A DNA stretch of 64,000 nt. It comes from an uncultured Trueperaceae bacterium (GTDB lineage Bacteria; Deinococcota; Deinococci; Deinococcales; Trueperaceae). The notes under the pieces are model-generated. The model was not told the origin of the DNA and did not search any database. It worked only from the letters and a program-made list of their open reading frames with translations. The stretch lies in the NCBI GenBank assembly GCA_963815215.1, contig CAWFFU010000003.1, forward strand, positions 1,024,001 through 1,088,000, given 5' to 3'. Positions 46,519 to 56,619 of the stretch are shown one piece after another (the first letter of the stretch is position 1; every line of letters begins with the position of its first letter). The position numbers and the translations under genes were made by a program.

Positions 46519-46998
46519 ATGCGCCGCACTGGCACGACCGCTCTGACGTTGCTGTTCGGCTGGATGCTGTTCTCCGGCGTGGCCGGAGCTCAGGCCACCG
46601 CCCGCAACACCGTAACCGTGCACATCCCCAGCGTGCTGCGACTGAGCATCGATCAGGGCACGGCGAGCGATTCGCAGACCCTCGACGTGACCGTCGGCGG
46701 CACCGTCGACGGCACCTTCGACGGCACGCTGGTGGACCCGGGAAGCGTGACCGTCAAGGTCTTCGCGAACACCCAATGGGTCCTGTCGATCGAGGACAAG
46801 AGCCCCGCCGCCCCGACCCTTCAGGTCTGCACCACGTACGCGAGCCTGGCAGGCTGCTACCCGCTCGATCCCACGAAGAAGTTCGCTACGCAGCCGCCCA
46901 CCGGAGGCTGGCAGGACATCCCCCTGACGCTCCGCGTGAATTCGCCCGTCGCCACCACCATGACCCACACCCTGACCTTCACCCTGAGCCGGCCCTGA
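46519..46998 (+). CDS. Secreted all-beta protein, pilin/fimbrial-subunit-like
   Basis: Signal peptide ending AGA; alternating beta patterns (TVTVHIPSVLRLSI, THTLTFTL); one Cys pair; SD AAGGGGG. Confidence 0.7.
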   Translation: MRRTGTTALTLLFGWMLFSGVAGAQATARNTVTVHIPSVLRLSIDQGTASDSQTLDVTVGGTVDGTFDGTLVDPGSVTVKVFANTQWVLSIEDKSPAAPTLQVCTTYASLAGCYPLDPTKKFATQPPTGGWQDIPLTLRVNSPVATTMTHTLTFTLSRP

Positions 46999-47025
46999 AT
47001 CGCATGGTCCCGCGCGCGGCCGCCG

Positions 47026-47340
47026 CTACCCTCGGTCGCGCGCGGGTGGGTCGACGCCTCGACCGTCGACCGCCGGCTCCTCGACCTCTAGCTCCCCGGC
47101 GTCGCCCTCCCCGGCATCGCCCTCCCCGATCGCGGCCGCGCCTGAAGGAGGCGCCGTTCGCACCGTCCACCACAACAACGCTCCGATGATCAGCACGATC
47201 AAGGCCACGCCCAGCGGGTCGCCGTCGAACAGGCGGATGGCGCCCGCGAGTTGCGCCAGGGCCAGCAGCGCGAACGCCGCTCCGACGATCAGGAACAGCC
47301 GGGCGAGCATGGCATAACCGCGTCGGGCGTCGTCGCTCAT
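47026..47340 (-). CDS. Small two-TM membrane protein
   Basis: Two hydrophobic helices and an acidic tail; start could be 47352. Confidence 0.65.
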   Translation of the reverse strand: MSDDARRGYAMLARLFLIVGAAFALLALAQLAGAIRLFDGDPLGVALIVLIIGALLWWTVRTAPPSGAAAIGEGDAGEGDAGELEVEEPAVDGRGVDPPARDRG

Positions 47341-47386
47341 GAACGCGGCCATGATAGCAGCGCCACGGTTCGGAGCGGTCCGGCCG

Positions 47387-47956
47387 TCAGGACACCAGCT
47401 CACGGAAGCGGAAGCACCCCACCGTGTGGTCATTGACGAGCCCCGTCGCCTGCATGAAGGCGTAGGCCACGGTCGGCCCCACGAAGCGGAAGCCGCGCCG
47501 CCTCAGATCCTTCGCCAGCACGGTAGACGCCTCGGTCACGGCGGGGACGTCCTCCGCCGAGCCCCTCTCGCCGACGATGGGAGCGCAGGGGACCGCACCC
47601 CAGACGAAGGCGTCGAAGCTACCGAACGCCTCCTGAACACGCAGGAAGGCCTGCGCGTTGGCGATGGACGCGCGGATCTTGCCGCCGTTGCGCACGATGC
47701 CTGCGTCGGCCAGCAAGCGGGCCACGTCCGCCTCGCCGAAGCGCGCGACCCTGGCCGGATCGAACTCCGCGAATGCGGAGCGGAAGGCCTCGCGCTTGTG
47801 GAGGATGGTGCGCCAGCTCAGCCCCGCCTGGAAGCTCTCCAGCAGCAGCATCTCGAACCAGTGCCGATCGTCGTGAACGGGTACGCCCCACTCCTCGTCG
47901 TGGTAGCGCCGCATCCGTGGATCGCTACCGGCCCAGGCGCAGCGGGACCGCGTCAC
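47387..47956 (-). CDS. tag: DNA-3-methyladenine glycosylase I
   Basis: RCAWA, YHDEEWG, LESFQAGLSW, GFRFVGPT, NDHTVGC. Confidence 0.96.
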   Translation of the reverse strand: MTRSRCAWAGSDPRMRRYHDEEWGVPVHDDRHWFEMLLLESFQAGLSWRTILHKREAFRSAFAEFDPARVARFGEADVARLLADAGIVRNGGKIRASIANAQAFLRVQEAFGSFDAFVWGAVPCAPIVGERGSAEDVPAVTEASTVLAKDLRRRGFRFVGPTVAYAFMQATGLVNDHTVGCFRFRELVS

Positions 47957-48873
47957 CCGTTGCCGCCGACGTGCAGCACCAGGGCGGCGTAGATGAAGTC
48001 GTTGACCGGTGTCGGAACCTCCAGCGCGCGCCCGAGCCGGGACGCGGCACCGTTGAGCGCCTCGAGCTCGAGGCGCTTGCCTGCGGCCAGATCCTGCGCC
48101 AGCGACGACGTCATGGTCGGCTCGGCGGTCTCTCTGGCGAACCTCATGGCCCCCTCGACCGCGTCGTCGGGAAGCTCCACTCCGCTGGCCGCCGCCAGCG
48201 CCGCGATCTCCTGCATGCTGCGCCTGAGGAGCTCGCGCGTCTCGGGTTGCTCCATGATCGGGCCGATCGGCCTCCGGGTCAGCGCGGTCAGACCGCTGAA
48301 CGCGCAGATGAGCAGCCATTTGCGCCACAGTGCGGCCCTCGGATCGGCCTCCAGCGTGACCTCGACCCCGGCGCTCTCGAAGGCGGCCAGGACCGCGTCG
48401 GCGCGTCGATCACCGGCCACCAGCGGGCCGAACACGACCCGCGCGAACGGACTCTTGTGGACGATCTCGCCCGGCGCGCCGAGCACCGCCTCGATATAGG
48501 CGACTCCCGCCAGCACCCGCTCGTCCCCGAAGCGACGCCGGAGCACCTCGACCCCGTCGACGCCGTTCTGGAGCGTGAGTACGCGACTGTCCCGGTTCAC
48601 CAGCGGCGCGATCAGCGCCGCTGCTTCGGCGCTGTCCTGCGCCTTCACCGTGAACAGCACCAGGTCCGCGTTGCCGGCGGCCCGCGCATCCTCGACCACC
48701 GCGATCCCCGCCAGGTGCGCGTCTCCGAGCGTGCTGCGAAGGCGCAGCCCGTCCTCCATGAGCGCCTCCAGATGGGCCCCACGTGCGACCAGCGTGACCC
48801 GGTGTCCGGCCTGGGCCAGGCGCCCGCCGAAGTACCCTCCTACCGCGCCGGCACCCATCACGACGACATCCAT
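47953..48873 (-). CDS. panE: 2-dehydropantoate 2-reductase
   Basis: GAGAVGG, LQNG, WRK, SSLAQDL, LELEALNG. Confidence 0.92.
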   Translation of the reverse strand: MDVVVMGAGAVGGYFGGRLAQAGHRVTLVARGAHLEALMEDGLRLRSTLGDAHLAGIAVVEDARAAGNADLVLFTVKAQDSAEAAALIAPLVNRDSRVLTLQNGVDGVEVLRRRFGDERVLAGVAYIEAVLGAPGEIVHKSPFARVVFGPLVAGDRRADAVLAAFESAGVEVTLEADPRAALWRKWLLICAFSGLTALTRRPIGPIMEQPETRELLRRSMQEIAALAAASGVELPDDAVEGAMRFARETAEPTMTSSLAQDLAAGKRLELEALNGAASRLGRALEVPTPVNDFIYAALVLHVGGNG

Positions 48874-48952
48874 GGGCACGAGGATAGCACCGGCCCCGCC
48901 CGACTTCCGACCTGAGGCGGACGCCGGTGCTCGTTCGCTGCGCCGAAGCGCG

Positions 48953-49915
48953 TCAGCCTTCTCGCGGGGTGGAGCTCCGCTCGCGCTTGTGCTGGTACAT
49001 GCGCTCATCGGCGCGAGCGAGCAGGGCCTCGAAGGACTCGGCGTCGTCGGGGTAGAGCGCCGCGCCCACGCTGGCGCTGAGTTGCACGGTGTAGTCCGCG
49101 AGGTGGATGGGCTCCTCGATCGATTGGATGAGGCGCTCGGCGACGCGGTCCAGCGTGCCGACGTCGGCGTCGCCGAGCAGCACCGCGAACTCATCGCCGC
49201 CGATGCGGGCCACCATCTCGCCGGGGCGCACGTTCTGCTTGAGCCGCTGGCCGATGACGCTCAGCACGCTGTCGCCGGCCTCGTGCCCGTGCCAGTCGTT
49301 GATCCTCTTGAAGCCGTTGAGATCGAAGTAGATGATGGCCATCTGCATCCGGCGCTTGCGCCAGACCCAGAAGCGCGACTTCAGGTGGCGCCGGTTGGGC
49401 AACCCCGTCAGGTCGTCGTGGTTCATCAACTCGACTGCCTGGCGCAGCACGTCCTTGTAGTTGGTGATGGACCGGAACAGCACCACCACGTGATCCTCGT
49501 CGACAGGCACCACCGTCACCACATACCACCAGGCGGGCGCCGCCTCCGCGATCTCATCGTCCACTCCGTCCCCGTCGACCTCACTGATATCGGGTCGCTG
49601 AGCGCGGAAGGGCGCGGTGGGAATGGCGTACTCGAACTCGCGCGGCCGCCGCCCATGCAACGCCGACGCCAGCCGCCGCATCAGACGCGGGTCGAGGTGA
49701 TCGGGGTAGACGCTTCGCAGGCGCTCGCCGACGACTTCCTTCGGGGCCGTGCGCAGGATTCCGGCAGCGACCGCGTTGAGGTCCACCCAAACGAAGTCGC
49801 GAAGCCGGCCCGCGTCGTTGCGCACCGCCCGGAACACCACCACCCCGTGCGGCAGGTTTCGGAAGAAGCCCGTCCACATCTTGCCCCAGTCCTCGCTGTG
49901 CTCGGCCTCGCTCAT
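48953..49915 (-). CDS. PAS-like/GGDEF diguanylate cyclase
   Basis: DDLTGLPNRR, DLNGFKRINDWHGHEAGD, intact GGDEF; I-site reads RPGE instead of RxxD. Confidence 0.92.
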   Translation of the reverse strand: MSEAEHSEDWGKMWTGFFRNLPHGVVVFRAVRNDAGRLRDFVWVDLNAVAAGILRTAPKEVVGERLRSVYPDHLDPRLMRRLASALHGRRPREFEYAIPTAPFRAQRPDISEVDGDGVDDEIAEAAPAWWYVVTVVPVDEDHVVVLFRSITNYKDVLRQAVELMNHDDLTGLPNRRHLKSRFWVWRKRRMQMAIIYFDLNGFKRINDWHGHEAGDSVLSVIGQRLKQNVRPGEMVARIGGDEFAVLLGDADVGTLDRVAERLIQSIEEPIHLADYTVQLSASVGAALYPDDAESFEALLARADERMYQHKRERSSTPREG

Positions 49916-49962
49916 CCCTTGCCGTTCATCTTAGCGCTCCCCGAGGCGTGCTCGGACGTCCG

Positions 49963-50808
49963 CTAGCCGGATACCTCGTCGCCGAGCGCCACCGGCGACT
50001 CTCGATAGCTGCACCAGTCGCTCCACGATCCGGCGTACAAGCGGGCGCCGGCCATGCCGGCGACCTCCATCGCCAGGACGGCGTGCGCGGCGCTGACGCC
50101 GGAACCGCAGTAGGTGACCACCTCGCCGCGTCCCCGCGCCACCGCGAACTGCGCTGCCAGGGCCGGCGGCTCGACGAAGCGGCCGTCGGCGCCGAGCGTG
50201 CGCTCATAAGGTCGATTGACGGCCGAAGGGATGTGCCCGGCGATGGGATCGATCGGTTCGGTCTCGCCGCGATAGCGCTCCGGCGAACGCACGTCGATGA
50301 TGCACCAGCGCGGGTCGTGCAGCGCGGCCCTCACTCTCCCCCGGTCGACGATCATCTCCGGTCGGAGCCGGAGCGAGAGCGTCGCGGGCCGGTGGCGGGA
50401 ATCCTCCCGGCTCGACGGTCCGCCCGCCTCCCGGTACGCGCGATAGCCACCATCGAGGACGCGCACCCGCTCGTGGCCGGCGAAGCGCAGAAGCCACCAG
50501 GCGCGCGCCGCGAACATGGTGCCACCCTGGTCGTAGACCACCACCTCGTGCTCGTCGCCGACGCCGCGCTCGCCCAGCGCTCGGACGAACGCCTCCATGT
50601 CCGGCAGCGGGTGTCGGCCGCCGTGCTCGGCCGCGGGTGCCGCCAGATCCTCGTCCAGATCGACGAACACCGCACCCGGCACGTGCCCCTCCAGGTAGGT
50701 TCGCCGGCCGAGGCTCGGGTCCTGCAGCTCGAAGCGCGCGTCGAGGATGCGCAGACCCGGGTCGTCGAGCCTGCGCAGCAGCGTATCGGCGTCGATGAGG
50801 GGCTCCAT
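49963..50808 (-). CDS. Sulfurtransferase (tandem rhodanese, SseA-like)
   Basis: GHVPGA, GRHPLP, CGSGVSA, YAGSWSDW. Confidence 0.94.
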   Translation of the reverse strand: MEPLIDADTLLRRLDDPGLRILDARFELQDPSLGRRTYLEGHVPGAVFVDLDEDLAAPAAEHGGRHPLPDMEAFVRALGERGVGDEHEVVVYDQGGTMFAARAWWLLRFAGHERVRVLDGGYRAYREAGGPSSREDSRHRPATLSLRLRPEMIVDRGRVRAALHDPRWCIIDVRSPERYRGETEPIDPIAGHIPSAVNRPYERTLGADGRFVEPPALAAQFAVARGRGEVVTYCGSGVSAAHAVLAMEVAGMAGARLYAGSWSDWCSYRESPVALGDEVSG

Positions 50809-50859
50809 GACGCGAGTCTACCGGCCGGAGCCGACCCGGCGTCGTCGTTACAATGCCGC

Positions 50860-51678
50860 ATGCCGAGCCCGCGCCGCATCGACAGCGCCCGCAACCCGTT
50901 GGTGAAGGAGATCGCCGCCCTCAAGGTACGCCGCGAGCGGGACCGAACCGGCCGGATCCTCATCGAAGGCTTGCGCGAGGCGGAGCGCGCCGCCGAGGCC
51001 GGCTTGACGCTCGAGCGCCTGCTGCTGGCTCCGGAGTCGTGGCCCGACGGCAGCCGCGAGACGGCCGAGGCCCTGCAACGCGCCGCCGCGTCCCGCGGGG
51101 CGGACGTGGTCCACCTGTCCCCCGACGCCTTCCGGCGCCTCAGTCTGCGCGAGCGTCCGGACGGCGTCGCCGTGGTGGCGCTCTCCCCCGCGCGCGCCCT
51201 CGAGCGCCTGACGCTGCCGGATGATCCCCTGGTGCTGATCCTCGACGGCCTCGAGAAGCCGGGAAACGTGGGCGCGCTCTTGCGCACCGCGGACGCGGCC
51301 GGGGTCGATGGCGTGCTGCTCACCGGCGAAGGGACCGACCTGGGCAACCCCAACGTGATCCGCGCCAGCATGGGGAGCGTGTTCGCCCTCCCGATCGCCG
51401 CCGCCTCGGCAGACGACGCCCGTACCTGGCTGCGTGCCACGCGGCTCCGTGTGGTCGCCACCACACCGCACGCCGACCTCGCCCACTGGCAGGCGGACTA
51501 CCGAGGCGGCGTGGCGGTGGTGCTGGGCTCGGAGCATGTCGGCCTGGGCGCTGCATGGCTCGACGCCGCCGATCAACGGGTGCGCATCCCGATGCGCGCC
51601 CGCCTGGCAGACAGCCTCAACGTGGGGGTGGCGGGGGCGGTGGTGTTGTTCGAGGCGATGCGGCAACGGCGCGGGTGA
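50860..51678 (+). CDS. TrmH/SpoU-family RNA methyltransferase
   Basis: EKPGNVGALLRTADA, LGSEHVGL, IPM, SLNV. Confidence 0.93.
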   Translation: MPSPRRIDSARNPLVKEIAALKVRRERDRTGRILIEGLREAERAAEAGLTLERLLLAPESWPDGSRETAEALQRAAASRGADVVHLSPDAFRRLSLRERPDGVAVVALSPARALERLTLPDDPLVLILDGLEKPGNVGALLRTADAAGVDGVLLTGEGTDLGNPNVIRASMGSVFALPIAAASADDARTWLRATRLRVVATTPHADLAHWQADYRGGVAVVLGSEHVGLGAAWLDAADQRVRIPMRARLADSLNVGVAGAVVLFEAMRQRRG

Positions 51679-51723
51679 GGGCTCCGGCTGTGAGGTACGC
51701 CGGTCGTGAGGACGCCGGAGGGG

Positions 51724-52116
51724 CTAGCCTCCCGCGGTACGGCGAGCGGCCAGCAGATCGCGCACCGTGGCGCGGAAGTCCTTGCCTTCGAGCGGCTTGA
51801 CCACGATGACGTCGGCCTTGGCGTCACGTGCCATCGCCAGGGTGCTCTCGTCCTTGAGCGCGGTCAGGATGATGACCGGCACATCTTTCAGGCGGGGGAT
51901 GCGCTTCATGCGATGGCAGATGTCGATCCCTGAGATGAAGGGCATGGCGACATCCAAGATCACCAGGTCCGGCGTGTGTGTCTTCAAGTAGTCGAGTGCC
52001 TCGCGTCCGTCGGCCACCGAGTCGACGCTGTGGCCGTCGGAACCGAGGAGCATGTCGAGAACCAGTCGCTGCCCTTCGATGTCATCGGCCACCAGGATCC
52101 TCATCGGCTCATCCAC
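51724..52116 (-). CDS. Single-domain response regulator
   Basis: ILVADD, DLVILDVAMP, ILTA, KP. Confidence 0.9.
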   Translation of the reverse strand: MDEPMRILVADDIEGQRLVLDMLLGSDGHSVDSVADGREALDYLKTHTPDLVILDVAMPFISGIDICHRMKRIPRLKDVPVIILTALKDESTLAMARDAKADVIVVKPLEGKDFRATVRDLLAARRTAGG

Positions 52117-52184
52117 CCCCCCAGCTTACGAGACGAAGGGCCGGTACATCCCGTCGTGACACGCACCGCGTGGTAGGACGGAGC

Positions 52185-52571
52185 ATGCGACCGGGACCGC
52201 CTTCCGCCCCACCGCCATCGAATCTGGTGCTCGGCCTGACGGCACAGGACCTGACGGCCACGCGCGACTTCTACGTGCGCGACGTCGGGCTCGCGATGAC
52301 CGTGGAGGAGGCGAGCCGACTGGTGGTGCGCGTCGGCGCGACGACGCTGGAGTTCCTCCAACACGACGGCCCGCTGCCGCTCGAGCATGATCTGCGCCTG
52401 ACGTTCGAGTGCGACGATCCGGCGGCCCTGCTGCGCCGGCTGCGCGCCCTGAGCGTCGAGGTCGACGTCCCGCCGCCCGCGGAGGGTCGGGGTACCGTGT
52501 TCTCCGCGCGCGACCCCGACGGTCGCCGGGTGAGCTTCGCCACGCGCCCGCGCACCGACCGCGCTCAGTAG
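52185..52571 (+). CDS. VOC/glyoxalase-family protein
   Basis: DLTATRDFY...GL, RDPDGRRV. Confidence 0.75.
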   Translation: MRPGPPSAPPPSNLVLGLTAQDLTATRDFYVRDVGLAMTVEEASRLVVRVGATTLEFLQHDGPLPLEHDLRLTFECDDPAALLRRLRALSVEVDVPPPAEGRGTVFSARDPDGRRVSFATRPRTDRAQ

Positions 52572-54358
52572 AGGACCTGTAGCTCCAGCTTCGCCGGACC
52601 GGCGCGGTAGATGTCGTCGGTGGCCACCAGACCGATCGTCACGGGACCGTGCAGCCGCAGCAACAGGCTCGTGAAGATGTCGTCGGTGACCTGCCCGAAG
52701 TCCGGTACCTGCATCTCGTCCAGCCCTGCGCGACGCAACTTGCGCACGGCGTCGCCCTTGAGCTGCGTCAGGGAGTTGCGGATCTCGTCCTGAGAGGCGG
52801 GCAGGTCGGCCGAGCCGAGGTGGATCTGCCGGGTGACGACGAGCTGGCCCTTGTCGAAGAGCTTGGTGTTCTCGATCGCCTCGATGGTGACGTCGACCGT
52901 GGAGCTGAACTGGTTGCGCGGCGAGATGAGCCTCACCAGATCCGAGCCCGGGGTCTGGGCGATGACGTCGACCAGGCTGTTGAACTGGTCGGGCGTGACG
53001 CGCAGCTTCTCGACGCCGCGCCGCGCCACGTAGGTGGTAGCCGAAGCGATGAACTTGGTCAGCTCGTCCTTGATGGCAGCCGGGTCCTGCGCGTAGATCG
53101 GTCCGGCATAGATGAGCTCGTCCTTCTGGAAGGTCACGTCCCCGCTGGTGGCGCGGTTGTACTCGGCGCTGACCTCGTTGAGCTTGCGCGCCTGCTCCTC
53201 GAGGCGCCCGTTGAGCGTCTGCAGCTGTCCCTGCAGGTCCTGCACCTTCTGGTTCTGCTGCTCGATCTGCTGCTGGAGCTGGTCCTTCTGCTCGCTCAGG
53301 AGCTGATTCTGCTGCACGAAGCGCGCGTTCTCCTGAGACAGGCCCTGGTTGCGCGCCTGTAGCTCCTGGTTCTGCTGCTTCAGGGCGCTGGCCTGCCCCT
53401 GGAGCTGCTTCTGTTGCTGTTGTAGGTCGGCGACCTCCCCCTGGAGCTGGCCCACCTGAGCGCCGAGCTGCTTGGTCTGCTGCTGCAGGTCGGTCGCCTG
53501 CTGCAGGGCCTGGTCGCGCTGCTGCAGGGCCTGGTCGCGGGCCGCCTCGGCCTCCTTCTGCGAAGCCTGCGCCTTCTCCAAGCCCGCCTGAGCCGCTGTG
53601 AGCTTCTGATCGGCGTCGGTCAGGCGCTTCTCGGTGTCGGAGAGCTTGCCCTGCAGCGCGCTGAGGCGCTGGTTCGCGTCGTCGAGCTGTTGTCGCGCGG
53701 AGGCCACCTCCAGCTGCAGGCGTTGCGCATCCTGTTTGGCCCTGGCCGCATCGGCCTGGGCCTGATCGCGGGCCTTGACGGCCTCGGCCTGCGCCAGTTG
53801 AGCCGTCTGCAGGTCACTCTGGGCGCTCGCCAGCTTCGCCTGAGCCTGATCGAGCTGCGCATTCACATCCGTGACCTGCTGGCTGAGCTGGTCGACCTGG
53901 TCCTGGAGCTGGGCGCGTTGCGCCTGCAACTTGTCGCGCTCCTGGCGGGCCTGGTCGCGCTCCTGCAGAGCGGCGTCCCGCTGGGTCTGGGCGTCCTGGA
54001 TGGTCTGCTGCGCCTGGGCGAGCTCGCTCTTGAGGCTGTCGAGCTGCTTGTTGAGCTCGTTGACTTTGTCCTGCTGGACCTTCTCCTGCGCACGCAGGCG
54101 CTGCAGCTCGTCGGCCGTGCGCTGCGCGTTCACGAGCGTCTGGGTGGCGTTCTGGAAGGCCAGCGACAGCACCGTCAGGGTCGTCAGCATGATGACGATG
54201 CCCACCACGACCCCGACGATCTGTCCCGTGCGGCGGGGCCGGGCGCCGAAGAGGCTGAGTCGCCGCCTGCCCACGAACGTACCGAGCCGGTCGCCGAGGT
54301 AGGCGATGATGCCGGCCAGGGTCGCCAGCAGGAGCACCAGACCCAGCAGGTAGCCCAT
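52565..54358 (-). CDS. DUF3084-family membrane-anchored long coiled-coil protein
   Basis: IAYLGDRLG...GRRRLSLFGARPRRTG N-terminus; Gln-rich heptads. Confidence 0.85.
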   Translation of the reverse strand: MGYLLGLVLLLATLAGIIAYLGDRLGTFVGRRRLSLFGARPRRTGQIVGVVVGIVIMLTTLTVLSLAFQNATQTLVNAQRTADELQRLRAQEKVQQDKVNELNKQLDSLKSELAQAQQTIQDAQTQRDAALQERDQARQERDKLQAQRAQLQDQVDQLSQQVTDVNAQLDQAQAKLASAQSDLQTAQLAQAEAVKARDQAQADAARAKQDAQRLQLEVASARQQLDDANQRLSALQGKLSDTEKRLTDADQKLTAAQAGLEKAQASQKEAEAARDQALQQRDQALQQATDLQQQTKQLGAQVGQLQGEVADLQQQQKQLQGQASALKQQNQELQARNQGLSQENARFVQQNQLLSEQKDQLQQQIEQQNQKVQDLQGQLQTLNGRLEEQARKLNEVSAEYNRATSGDVTFQKDELIYAGPIYAQDPAAIKDELTKFIASATTYVARRGVEKLRVTPDQFNSLVDVIAQTPGSDLVRLISPRNQFSSTVDVTIEAIENTKLFDKGQLVVTRQIHLGSADLPASQDEIRNSLTQLKGDAVRKLRRAGLDEMQVPDFGQVTDDIFTSLLLRLHGPVTIGLVATDDIYRAGPAKLELQVLY

Positions 54359-54416
54359 TCAGCCGCCCCGCTTCGTGCTGGATTTCACCGGACGATTTCG
54401 CATGGCCGCCCGCGCC

Positions 54417-55190
54417 TCAGATCTGGAAGTCGGCGCCGAGGTAGTAGGTCCGGACGTCGGCATCACGCGCGAACTCCTCCGGAGTGCCGTCGAAGCGCAC
54501 CCGGCCGTCGAACATCAGGTAGACGCGGTCGGCGATGGCGAGGGTCTCGCGCACGCTGTGATCGGTGAGCAGGACACCCAGCCCCCGACGCTCGCGCAAC
54601 TCCGCGATCAGCGTCTGGATCTCCCGGATGGACTTCGGATCGACCCCCGTGAAGGGCTCGTCGAGGAGGATGAAGTCCGGCTCGATGGTGAGGCTGCGCG
54701 CGATCTCGAGCCGGCGTCGCTCGCCGCCGGACAAGGTGTCGGCACGCCGACGCGCCAGTGGCCGCAGGTGGAACTCGTCCAGCAGCTCGTGCGCCCTGCG
54801 CTCCTGATCGCCTCTGCTCAACCCCTGGAACTCGAGGATGGCGAGCAGGTTGTCCTCCACGCTCAGCTTCCGGAACGCGCTGGGCTCCTGCGCCAGGTAG
54901 CCGAGCCCCTTGCGGGCGCGCCGATGCATCGGCCAGCGCGTCACGTCCTGGTCGCCCAACCGGATCGATCCGGCGTTGGGCCGGACGAAGCCGACCATCA
55001 TGTAGAAGCTGGTGGTCTTGCCGGCGCCGTTAGGACCTAGCAGCGCCACGATCTCGCCGCGCTGGAGATAGATGTCCACGCCGTCGACGACCCTACGGCC
55101 ACCGTAGCGCTTGGTGAGGCCCGTGGCCCGGAGTTCGAGCCGCTCGGTGCTCGCACGCGCGTCCTGCGGGGCACCCATCACAGCCGACAT
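54417..55190 (-). CDS. lptB: LptB-family ABC ATPase
   Basis: [52 protein letters not shown]. Confidence 0.92.
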   Translation of the reverse strand: MSAVMGAPQDARASTERLELRATGLTKRYGGRRVVDGVDIYLQRGEIVALLGPNGAGKTTSFYMMVGFVRPNAGSIRLGDQDVTRWPMHRRARKGLGYLAQEPSAFRKLSVEDNLLAILEFQGLSRGDQERRAHELLDEFHLRPLARRRADTLSGGERRRLEIARSLTIEPDFILLDEPFTGVDPKSIREIQTLIAELRERRGLGVLLTDHSVRETLAIADRVYLMFDGRVRFDGTPEEFARDADVRTYYLGADFQI

Positions 55191-55299
55191 ACCGGGCCAT
55201 GCTACCACGAGGCCCCATGAGAGGCCCTTGAGCTTTGCGCGCCGCACACGGCGCTCGGGCGCATCCGGACGCCTGGGCCCTGTGCCCGCTCCGGGCGCC

Positions 55300-56598
55300 T
55301 CAGCCCTCCAGGGCCATCAGGAACGGCTCCTCGATGGCGGTGCAGATCCAGCGCAGGAACCGCGCTGCGGCGGCGCCGTCGATGAGCCGGTGGTCGTAGG
55401 TGACCGACAGCGGCATCATCAGGCGGGCGTCGAACTGCCCGCTGGCCTTGTTGTACACCGGCTCGTGGGCGGACCGGGAGACCCCCAGGATGGCCACCTC
55501 CGGCGGGTTGACGATCGGCGTGAAGCCGGTACCGCCGATGCCGCCGAGGTTCGAGACGCTGAAGTTGCCGCCCTGCATGTCGTCCGGCGTGAGCTTGCGG
55601 TTGCGCGCCTTCTCGGCGAGCACGCCCAGCTCGCCGGCGAGCTCGAGCACGTTCTTGTTGTCGGCGTTCTTGATGACGGGCACCAGCAGGCCGGCCTCGG
55701 TGTCCACCGCCACGCCCACGTTGATGTAGTGCTTGTAGACGATCTCCTGGCTGTTCGTGTCGATGCTGGCGTTGAAGTCGGGGAAGCGCTTGAGCGCAGC
55801 CGCGACGACCTTGAGCAGCATGGCTGTCGGCGTCAGCTTGGCGCCCATGGCCTCCGCCTGAGGCTTGTAGCGCTGGCGCAGACGCTCGAACTCGGTGCTA
55901 TCGGCCTTGTCGAACTGCGTGACCATCGGAACGGTCGACCAGGCTCCGGCCATGGTCCGCACCGTGGCCTTGCGGATCCCGCTCATCGCCTTGCGCTCGA
56001 CCTCGCCCCATCGACCGAAATCGGGCAGCTGGAGCGGCGCGGGGCCCGCCGCGGGGGCGGAGGCACCGCCCTCGGAGACCGACCGCACGTCGGTGGCGGA
56101 GATGCGCCCGAGGATCCCGCTCCCCTGCACCTGGTGGATGTCCACCCCGAGCTCGCGCGCGAGGCGCCGCACCGACGGGGCCGCAGGCACCAGGCCGGTC
56201 CCGCCGGCCGGGGCGGCCGCAGGACGCGGCGTGCTCTGGCGCTTCGTCGGTTGGGGTGCCGGCGGCTCGGACGGTACCGCGCTCTCCTCCGCCCCGTCCG
56301 TGGCGGTCTCCCGGGGGGGCGCCGCGCTGGGAGCTTCGGCCTCCGCCGCGCTCACCGCGCCGGCGGCATCGAGCGTGACGATCACCTGACCGATCTTCGC
56401 CTCCTGGTTCTCCTGGACGTCGATCGAGCGCACGATCCCGTCCGCGGACGAGGGCACCTCGACCACGGCCTTGTCGGTCTCCAGCTCGATCAGCGGCTGA
56501 TCCCGCTTGACCTCGTCGCCGACGCTGACCAACACACCTACGACGGTGCCGGACTCGATGCCTTCTCCCACCTCGGGCAGTCTGACTTCCGTTGCCAC
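55300..56598 (-). CDS. aceF: Pyruvate dehydrogenase E2 (one lipoyl domain)
   Basis: [25 protein letters not shown]; downstream of aceE. Confidence 0.93.
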   Translation of the reverse strand: MATEVRLPEVGEGIESGTVVGVLVSVGDEVKRDQPLIELETDKAVVEVPSSADGIVRSIDVQENQEAKIGQVIVTLDAAGAVSAAEAEAPSAAPPRETATDGAEESAVPSEPPAPQPTKRQSTPRPAAAPAGGTGLVPAAPSVRRLARELGVDIHQVQGSGILGRISATDVRSVSEGGASAPAAGPAPLQLPDFGRWGEVERKAMSGIRKATVRTMAGAWSTVPMVTQFDKADSTEFERLRQRYKPQAEAMGAKLTPTAMLLKVVAAALKRFPDFNASIDTNSQEIVYKHYINVGVAVDTEAGLLVPVIKNADNKNVLELAGELGVLAEKARNRKLTPDDMQGGNFSVSNLGGIGGTGFTPIVNPPEVAILGVSRSAHEPVYNKASGQFDARLMMPLSVTYDHRLIDGAAAARFLRWICTAIEEPFLMALEG

Positions 56599-56619
56599 GC
56601 GCGCTTCCTTTCCAGATCC

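Noticed and set aside
53100..54130. Gln-rich repetitive DNA
   Set aside because: Explained by DUF3084 coiled-coil heptads, not a DNA repeat element
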